Assembly: GCA_937625935.1 (NCBI GenBank)
Contig: OW569357.1
Location: 310,001-374,000, forward strand
Reading direction: 5' to 3'
Origin: Tetramitus jugosus
Lineage: Eukaryota; Protista; Heterolobosea
DNA: 64,000 bases
Shown here: positions 55,863 through 64,000 of the stretch, piece after piece
Numbering within the stretch: the stretch's first letter is position 1
How the letters are laid out: every line of letters begins with the position of its first letter
Position numbers and translations under genes: made by a program
The notes under the pieces: generated by a model
The model's input: the letters and a program-made list of their open reading frames with translations, nothing else
Told to the model about the DNA's origin: nothing
The model's database searches: none

Positions 55863-56754
55863 TTACTGTTGTCTGCATCCCTTCTTCTTCTTTGCGTCCT
55901 TTGAACTGTTACCAGTTGTTCCAGTGCTTCCTCTCTTTGCATCTGTCCATGCGTCATAAACCACTTCAATACTCTGATCAAAAACAAACCTCAAATTATG
56001 TTGTGTCTTTGCTGAGCACTCCAAGTATCTCTTGGCGCCCAATTTCTTTGACAATTTCTCCGCAGCAGCAAAATCGACACACTTACCCTTCATCTTGTCA
56101 TCGTCTCTGAGGTCGGACTTGTTACCAACAATAATGAAGGGCACGTAGCCTGTTTGGTCCGTGTGTTCCTTAATCTCAGGTACCCATTTCGTCTCAATGT
56201 TTCTCAAACTCTCTTCACTAGTCACACTGTACACAATGATGAAAATGTGTGTATCAGGATAGCTCAATGGTCGCAATTGATCGTATTCTGCTGTACCTGC
56301 TGTATCCCACAATCCGAGAGCAACGGTCTTTCCCTTGAAGACAACATTGGCTGTATAATTGTCAAAAACGGTTGGATTGTAGTCCTTTGGGAACTCGTTG
56401 TTGGAGAAACTGATGAGCATGCCTATTTTGTGTTGTCATTATTATTTGTAGTTGTTGATATGTCATGATAGTGATGGTTGTTTGGAGAGTGCGTGTTTTT
56501 TTTGTGTTGTTGTTTGTTGTTTTGTGTCATGTCGCGAGTGTGTTGGTGGATTGGAGATTATCAATAATAATAATAATAATTGTTGTGTTGTTAGCTTACA
56601 GAAGAAGAAGACAATAGAGAGAGAAAAAAAAGATGAAAATTCTTCACAAATGTGTGTGTGACTGTGTGTACTTACAAGTTTTACCAACTGCTGCGTCTCC
56701 GACAACCATACATTTAAGACTCTCAACTGAATCAATATCGAATTCGTCTGCCAT
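55863..56754 (-). CDS. Atypical Rho/Rac GTPase (exons 56754-56676 and 56422-55863)
   Basis: KCMVVGDAAVGKT|C, YNPTVFDNY, LWDTAG, LRPLSYPDT, GNKSDLR, ECSAK, and a polybasic KKKKGCRQQ end. 253-nt GTAAGT...ATAG intron. Confidence 0.93.
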
Positions 56755-57221
56755 TGTTTATTATTATTATTATTATCGTTTGTTGTTGGTGCTGTGGTTG
56801 TTGCTGTGTGTTGTTTTTTGTTTTTGTTGGTTTTTTGACAAGGGGGAAGAGAAACCGGCGGAAGTGGGATGTGTGACTGATGAGCGAGTGTGCTTTGTTC
56901 AGTGGTGAAAATTCGAATGTTGTTCAGGGGAGAAAGAGCCTACTTCCGAGACTGACACACACAAAGCCAATGAGAAACTGGGAATGATGAGTGAGCGACG
57001 GCGGAGAAGAATGACGCGCGGTGTTTTGAGGATTGGATTTTTGATGACTGACGTTTGACGTGGTTGACCCATTACAATCGTTGGCGCCTTTTTTGATGTC
57101 GGGTTTGATTCTAATAATCCGCTCCAGGCGGAGTTTAAAGTTAATTACTCCGGGATATTGGACTCAATTTCATGACTGGAAGCTGACATCTGGCAAACTG
57201 AACTCCAAACGAAAAAAGAGA

Positions 57222-58343
57222 ATGAGCCGAGAGACAGCGACGAATGAAGGATTCTTTAGCTATGGATCCATAGCAATGACAAATACGAGTGCTGATATGG
57301 TGGATGAGAAACAGAAACTGCTGCCGTTTACAACAATTGATGCAACTGGCACGGACAAGGAAGTTGTTCACAAACACAGGCCTCGTCGTCACTTTAGCCT
57401 TCACTTGAAGAGTCTCATGGTCAGTTTGCCCATCTTTCTAGGTCTATTTATTGGTGTGATCATGGTAGCAACGTTCATTGTGGCAATCGTTTCACAACCA
57501 ACCTGTTTCACGAATCATAGTAGCACGGGAGGTGGTGGTAGTGCACCGTGCAGACCACTAGACTTTTCTCATCACATACCGACGATATCAGAGGCTGGTG
57601 GTTACTATCCTGCGGCCATCATCTTTTCTTATGGTTTGAACACGTTTGCCTGTTTCTTGTTCATTGTGTTGGCAGTCGAGTTTGCTGTTTTGCAGAGGTG
57701 GTTCAACATGGTGGATGCCAGCAAAAACAAGAACAATAGCAGTAAGCGATCCAATATTTCAAAGAGTTTGATTCGAAATTTGTTCGCATTGGCATACTGG
57801 TTCGTTGTAATTATTTCCTGTGTGTGCTTGGGATTGTTGAGTTGTATTAGTCTCTTTTTGTACACGAATGCACATCGGGCAGTTGCGTTTGCATACTTTG
57901 TGGCGATACTGTTAACGAGTACGTTTATTCTCGGAGCTGATTTGTATGTGTTGTGGAACAAGAGACATATTGTACGAGGCAAAAGTGCTGCTACTGCAAG
58001 CAGTGTATTGTCGGAATATGCTGATTCCACAGAAGTAGAAACGAATGGTACTTGTGTAGTTGAGCAACAGGACTATAGAAAGACACCACTGTTGTCTTTG
58101 CGAGTAGTATCTTGGAGACTTGCTACATGGCTCAGTGCTCTTTTGAGTCTCGTTGGACTGTGTGTCATGTTTTTGTTTACTGTTGTCGATGGAAAGTCTG
58201 AGTATTACTACAAGATGACTAACGGTGCTATGAGTATCACCGAGTATACATTTGTACTATCGACCAATTTATTCATGATGTCACTATCGAGTGATTTTTA
58301 CCACTTTCACATTAGTCTCTCCGTTAAGCAGGCTGCTAATTAA
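57222..58343 (+). CDS. Frag1/DRAM/Sfk1 (TMEM150) family membrane protein
   Basis: IPTISEAGGYYPAAIIFSYGL, a conserved His (AHRAVAFAYF), a terminal helix with EY...DF, and six TM segments. Confidence 0.8.
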   Translation: MSRETATNEGFFSYGSIAMTNTSADMVDEKQKLLPFTTIDATGTDKEVVHKHRPRRHFSLHLKSLMVSLPIFLGLFIGVIMVATFIVAIVSQPTCFTNHSSTGGGGSAPCRPLDFSHHIPTISEAGGYYPAAIIFSYGLNTFACFLFIVLAVEFAVLQRWFNMVDASKNKNNSSKRSNISKSLIRNLFALAYWFVVIISCVCLGLLSCISLFLYTNAHRAVAFAYFVAILLTSTFILGADLYVLWNKRHIVRGKSAATASSVLSEYADSTEVETNGTCVVEQQDYRKTPLLSLRVVSWRLATWLSALLSLVGLCVMFLFTVVDGKSEYYYKMTNGAMSITEYTFVLSTNLFMMSLSSDFYHFHISLSVKQAAN

Positions 58344-59117
58344 ATGTTTTACATACAAATTGGGTCCATGAAAAATATTGTATCGAGATCAATAACATGT
58401 GTCTTCCTTGTGGGAGGTGGGACATTCCGCTCAGCTGTTAGGTGATGAGTAGCGTTTCATCTCTTCACAACAGAATTGATACATGTGCAGTGCCTTGACT
58501 CAGGCACGCCTAGTCGAGTGGAAGACTCTCTTAATCCTTTTCTCTGCCTCCCTCTTCTTGCGTCCTCTAATCTTCAGTTCCTCCCTAAAGTCTTCCTCTT
58601 TTCCAATCTGACCTTCAAGAGCCACCTTGGGCAACTTCATCCTGTTCAGGTTCATTGTCTTTTACCGCTCCAGACCTGGTGGTAGAACCACAGCTCCTTC
58701 CTATCTAAGGAAAAGGCCTACATTGCTCCTATCATACCACGAACATCGGAGCCTTCTCGCACCGGAGAAGTGTCGAACTTCTCAGACCTCAACAAACACA
58801 TCTTGGATACGGATTGTATTCTGCCCGGAAGAAAGGATCTGGTGATTCTGCTAGATAAGTATTACTATGTTGCAACAATTGATATCAAATCAAGTTATAC
58901 GAGCATCATGTGAGCTATCTCTTGACTTCAGATGTACGGAGCGCGGAGGTGTTTGATGGATTGGATATCTCGCGGGCTATCTCACCCCATGTACTGTACA
59001 TCTAAGTTCAAACCTTTATGTTTTGAAGTGTAAGGGGTCGATATTGTAGGGCGATCATAAAATTTTTGACGAGTCTGTAAACCGTGCGATTTTAAATATT
59101 GATCCTTGTTAATATAA

Positions 59118-59190
59118 GGGGTCATGGCTCAGTTGGTAGAGCGCGTGCTTTGCATGCATGAGGTCCAGGGTTCGATTCCCTGTGGCTCCA
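59118..59190 (+). tRNA. tRNA-Ala(UGC)
   Basis: 73-nt cloverleaf GGGGTCA...TGGCTCCA with the G3:U70 identity pair, anticodon loop TT-TGC-AT, and a GGTTCGATTCC T-arm. Confidence 0.96.
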
Positions 59191-59283
59191 GTTTTGCTTT
59201 TCTGCTGCCCTTGGAGTTTGAAATCTGAAAACAAGCTCGAAAACAAAGTTGGTGATTCTTTGATGGATTGAAGAAAAAAAAGA

Positions 59284-61017
59284 ATGGGCAAAACTCAATC
59301 CCGCGAGGAACAACTGTCAGATGAAAAGTGGAGCGATTTGTTGAAGAAGGTTGATGAGTGGGACACTGTAACCACCAGCCAATGGGTCGAATACTTTTAC
59401 AACAGAAAATGGCGCCACTTTCCACAACAAAAGTTACAACCGCAACAGCAGCGCATTGTCCTTTCGGAAAATAGCTTACGGCACCTCTGTGACCAGTTGC
59501 TCATCAAAAACATTAATGGCACAAAATTACTAAAATTGGACAATGATCATTGCTTGGACGAGTTGGACATTGATCATCCATCTCACATTGCTCTGCTCAA
59601 AGATGTGGTCAAGTTTATGAAGAATGCTGGGAAGATCGGCATGGATGGAATGATGATGATTTCTTATCTCACTGCTACGACCACAACAACGACACCAACC
59701 AATTCAAGCAGTAGTGATAGAATCAGTGGAGCTAATAGCAGCAGCAGCAGCAAAACAGAGCTGAAAAACAAGAATGAAAAATTGGTTGCAAGCGGAAGTC
59801 AACAGCAACAGCAACAACCACCAAAAACACTAGCAAAGAAGCAAAACAAGTTGATGAGTGATGAGTTGAGCGACGAGGACAGAAAATGGATCGAACAAGG
59901 CAAATTGAATCTCGTTGTTCAACAAAAACTGTTGGAGGCAGAGATTGTACAGGATGTAGAGCAAGCAACACTGGCAGCTAGTCGTCTCTCATGTAAAGAC
60001 ACGATATTAGAAATGTTTTTGAGTATTGAGGATCAAAAGTATACGTTTGAGCAGTTGTTGGAGCAGAATATTGAGAAATATTCCTTGTCTGACGATTGCT
60101 TCTTTATTGGAAGTGGTAGTGATGATGATGAAGAGTGCGAGAATCGATATGGCAACGACAAGGGTAACGGCGATGAAGATGACGATGATGATGTCATTGA
60201 TATCAATGAAGTAATTGCATCTACGCGAGAAAAATTGAGCTTCCAAAACAAGAGAGAAGAAGAGTTTTTGACTGTAAAGCTGGTGATTGTGGAGCAGAAT
60301 CGATTTGGACATCGTCTGTTGCAAAAGTTGTCGCCCCTTATGAATCGGTTTCACATTGCACCAGAGTTTGGCTCCTTCCACGTTGCACTCATTATTGGTA
60401 GTTGGTATTTTGATTGGACGACATCTTCTTTGATTATTCCACGGAAATGTTATTCGAATTCGAGTGTATTGGCCATAGATTTGGGCAGAAGCTTTGATTT
60501 TGATGTATGTGATGACGACGATATGGATGTGGTGAGGCACTTGACACCGAGAGAAGTGTTTGCGCGTGTATCGGAAGCAGTTGCCCACTACAATACAACG
60601 CAAGTTTATTCCATCAAGAACAATTGCCATCATTTTGTAAAAGATTTAGCCAACAGACTCAATCTCAGATTGGATTTTGGAGGATTACTGGGCACGTACA
60701 TGGACAATTTGAGAAAGAGTGGACAATGTAAAATGAAGTTGGACTTGTCGAATCATCCATTGAAGCAACATGTACAGAAGAATGACATTTTATTCAAGAC
60801 ACACAGTGAATTGGACGACTTTGTGTGTCGTTATGGTTCGCTTCTGGATAGCGATGACATGCTGTTGCTCAAGAGCTTCGATCTGGCATTCTGGTTGAGA
60901 CACTTTGCCCAACCAGATTCAGACCTGTACAAACCATGCCAGTGTCCATTCGGAGACCCTACTGCTACAGGTGCCATTCATCCCAACCAATCCTACAAGG
61001 TACCCAAGAACTCATAA
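59284..61017 (+). CDS. Myristoylated protein with a SAM-like domain and a PPPDE/permuted papain-fold peptidase-like domain
   Basis: MGKTQS start. SAM-like VDEW...INGTKLLKL...LDELDI. His motif FHVALIIGSWYFDW precedes the Cys motif YSIKNNCHHFV. Confidence 0.7.
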   Translation: MGKTQSREEQLSDEKWSDLLKKVDEWDTVTTSQWVEYFYNRKWRHFPQQKLQPQQQRIVLSENSLRHLCDQLLIKNINGTKLLKLDNDHCLDELDIDHPSHIALLKDVVKFMKNAGKIGMDGMMMISYLTATTTTTTPTNSSSSDRISGANSSSSSKTELKNKNEKLVASGSQQQQQQPPKTLAKKQNKLMSDELSDEDRKWIEQGKLNLVVQQKLLEAEIVQDVEQATLAASRLSCKDTILEMFLSIEDQKYTFEQLLEQNIEKYSLSDDCFFIGSGSDDDEECENRYGNDKGNGDEDDDDDVIDINEVIASTREKLSFQNKREEEFLTVKLVIVEQNRFGHRLLQKLSPLMNRFHIAPEFGSFHVALIIGSWYFDWTTSSLIIPRKCYSNSSVLAIDLGRSFDFDVCDDDDMDVVRHLTPREVFARVSEAVAHYNTTQVYSIKNNCHHFVKDLANRLNLRLDFGGLLGTYMDNLRKSGQCKMKLDLSNHPLKQHVQKNDILFKTHSELDDFVCRYGSLLDSDDMLLLKSFDLAFWLRHFAQPDSDLYKPCQCPFGDPTATGAIHPNQSYKVPKNS

Positions 61018-61386
61018 AATTATTCGCGCCAAATATTTTCTCCTCGCTCTTTCACTCGGCGGTGTTTTTATGGGATTCTTTGTTGGGATCTTGTCACCCT
61101 GACCGTTCGAATCAAACCTTGGAAACAAAAATCACAAAGTCAGAGAGACACGCCAAAAACCACCATCAGCAAACAAAAAAAAGCGCTATATTTCGAACAT
61201 CATCATCCAACCAAACAGTTTGAAGCTCGGTGTTTTTTCATTATCAAAATAGTAGCTGATAAAACAACAACAAAAATTTTCGAGTGTCTTGAAATCCTTG
61301 CTCATCTGGACCAGAAAAGCTTTCAAATCCTTGCTTAAATTTAATCAACAAACAAACAAAACGTTTTATATAAAACAACGAAGAAG

Positions 61387-64000
61387 ATGCAACAACAACA
61401 ACAAGCATCCTCTTCATCTTCTCCACTGCAACCACAGCCAATGCCACTGGTTGAACCACTGCTGTTGGACGAAGACAATGACAACAACAACAACAACAAC
61501 AACAATCAGGACCATGAAGAAGCAGGTGCAAGAATCATTCATGTCAATGATAGCTTGGCCAACGCACCATTCAAATACAAAATGAACATGATCTCTACCA
61601 CAAAGTACAATGTGCTGACTTTTTTACCAAAAAATCTGTTTGAACAGTTTCGAAGAGTAGCCAATCTATATTTTTTGTTTATTGCAGTGTTACAGGTATG
61701 TCTATATGTTCACTATATGTGTCTTTGTTCATGCATGATGGATCCTCTTACATTGACAATAATTTTTGTTGAATTGTTTTTTTGATAATGCATGTATAGT
61801 TGATTCCTACACTGTCACCCACTGGTCGATTCACAACCATTATGCCATTGACCATTGTGTTGGCCTGTTCGGCCATCAAGGACGCATTTGAAGATATGAA
61901 GCGTAGAAAATCCGATACGGTAACCAATGGAAAGAAGACTCACGTGTTGAGAAATGGAAGATTTGTTCAAGTAGAGTGGCGAGAAGTATCTACAGGTGAT
62001 GTGGTCAAAGTGTTGAACAAGGAGGCATTCCCTGCTGATTTAATCATTTTGTCGAGCAGTGAAAATTTTGGAATTTGCTATGTGGAGACATCTAGTTTGG
62101 ACGGGTATGTGATTCACTCAATGAGCACACATATTTTGTGAATCATTATATTTTTGTTTGTTTTTCAATGTCGATCGTCATTGATGATTCATAGCTAACA
62201 CACATGTCGACAACAACAATAGTGAAACCAATTTAAAGATTCGAAGAGCGAGACCAGAGACTCTGCACATTGCATCAGAGGTCGAAGCTTCTCAAATGCA
62301 AGCGACAATCAAGTGCGAACAACCCAATAATCGTCTTTACAATTTTGAGGGAACCATTCATATGAATGGTGATATCCGTGCGTCATTAGACCCAGAAAAT
62401 GTGCTGTTGAGAGGATCTTCTCTGAGAAATACAGAGTGGGTGATTGGTGTCGTTGTTTTTGCTGGTCATGACTCGAAATTGATGATGAACACAAAGTATG
62501 TTTGCTTTTTTGTTGCTGTACATGTTTCAATGTTGTACTTGTTGAATTGATGTTAACCATGAACGATGATCGTGTTCCTTTTCTGTGTTCATTCTTGCTT
62601 TAGCAAAACACCTCACAAGACGACCCGTGTTGAAAAGTTGACCAATCAATTGATTTTATTTATTTTAGCTCTGGAGGTTGTTTTGTGTCTCATTTGTTCC
62701 GTTGGATTGATGATTTGGTCGAGAAAACACGCTCAATACAATTGGTATCTCCAACTGTTTGAAGATAAGCCTAATGCCGGCAGTGTCTTGTACATTGGAT
62801 TCAAGGGATTTTGGACCTTTTTGATTTTGTTCAATAATTTGATCCCCATCTCCCTGTACGTGTCTATTGAAGTTGCCAAGTTTGCTCAGGGTAACATTAT
62901 GAGTCAGGATTTGAAGATGTATCATCATGAGTCAGACACGCCTGCTCTCGTTCGAACATCTGCTCTGAATGAAGAATTGGGACAGATTGAGTACATTTTC
63001 TCTGATAAGACTGGTACTTTGACCTGTAACAAGATGGAGCTGTTGAAATTTGCTGTAGATGGAGTCGCATACGGTACTGGTGTCACAGAGATTGCCCGAG
63101 CTGTCGCTAAGAATGAAGGTCGTAGAATTATTGATGACAGACCAAGAGGATGGAAGCCTGTTGATGGATTCCAATTCCATGACGATCGAATCAATAATTT
63201 GAATTGGACAAGACAACGTAGCGCGCAATCCATTAGTGATTTCCTTGTCCTGTTAGCTGTTTGCCACACTGTCATTCCTGAGAGAAACCCAAAGAATCCT
63301 CGTGATGTCGTCTATCAGGCCAGTAGTCCTGATGAAGCTGCTCTTGTCAAGGCTGCAAAACATCTTGACGTAGAGTTTATTTCTCGTACTGCTAGCGAGG
63401 TTACCATCCGTGTTGTCGACCGAGAGGAGACCTGGACCATTCTCAATGTTTTAGAGTTTACGAGCTCCAGAAAGAGACAGTCATGTATTTGCAGAGATCC
63501 TGAAGGAAAATTGGTTTTGTTGACCAAGGGTGCTGATAATGTTATTTTCCCACTCTTGAGACCAGATCAAGATCACATTGATCAATCAGATAAGCTATTG
63601 GAAGAGTTTGCTCGTGATGGTTTGAGAACATTGGTTTGTGCTAGAGTAGTGCTCGATGAGGATGAATATACCAGATGGGACAAGGGTTTCCAAGAAGCCA
63701 AATGCTCCTTTGTCAATAGAACTGAGAACATTGAGAAATCTTGTGCTGAGATTGAAAAGGATTTGGATCTGGTTGGTATTACCGCCATTGAAGATAAGTT
63801 GCAAGACGGTGTTCCTGCTGCGATCGAAGAATTGAAGCGAGCCGGTATCAAGATTTGGGTTTTGACCGGTGATAAGCAAGAAACTGCTATTAATATTGGT
63901 TTTGCCTGTAATCTGTTGAATCAACAAATGGCACGTATTATTATTGAGGGAGAGACTGTTGAAGAGGTGCGCAACTGTATCGCTACAAATCTTCATGATA
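61387..64000 (+). CDS. P4-ATPase phospholipid flippase (Drs2/ATP8A-like), truncated by the window end (introns 61696-61799, 62105-62222, 62496-62603)
   Basis: [12 protein letters not shown]|[54 protein letters not shown]. Confidence 0.95.

Noticed and set aside
59058-59085. AATTTTTGAC resembling the U4 Sm site
   Set aside because: No flanking hairpins or U6-pairing region recognisable.
62665-63996. Short minus-strand ORFs at the window end
   Set aside because: Antisense to the large last exon of the P4-ATPase, which the ORF track missed because it has no stop in the window.
1-64000. Alternative genetic code, selenocysteine or programmed frameshifts
   Set aside because: TAA, TAG and TGA all end conserved genes, and every frame break in a recognised gene is explained by a GT-AG intron.

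Overview
A gene-dense eukaryotic window using the standard genetic code and GT-AG spliceosomal introns (usual donor GTATGT). The gene set (G-alpha, AP-5 zeta, IFT74, CEP290, CEP89-like, and a myristoylated permuted-papain family I associate with Naegleria-like amoebae) suggests a free-living amoeboflagellate protist, probably a heterolobosean; this is inference. I can support about 33 protein genes, many needing manual splicing and missed or split by the ORF track (ATM N-terminus, G-alpha, AP5Z1, PHB2, Cdc25, PRRC2-like, CEP290, DLD, a penicillin-acylase-like gene, Rho, P4-ATPase), plus tRNA-Leu(CAA) and tRNA-Ala(UGC). I see no CRISPR array, rRNA or intact mobile element. The best candidate for a new system is two long introns (G-alpha 455 nt, DLD 328 nt) that fold into extensive structures with G-U pairs on the transcribed strand. 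Each carries an internal AG|GT junction 156-160 nt upstream of the true acceptor, and the G-alpha intron also buries consensus donors in its basal stem, suggesting structure-controlled, recursive or poison splicing. Other oddities are a formate/nitrite channel ending in a CaaX box, a Rho GTPase with both G12 and Q61 replaced, a multi-TM penicillin-acylase-fold protein with an altered active site, a stand-alone voltage-sensor-like protein, and E2F/Myb-like motifs shared by Cdc25 and ciliary gene promoters.
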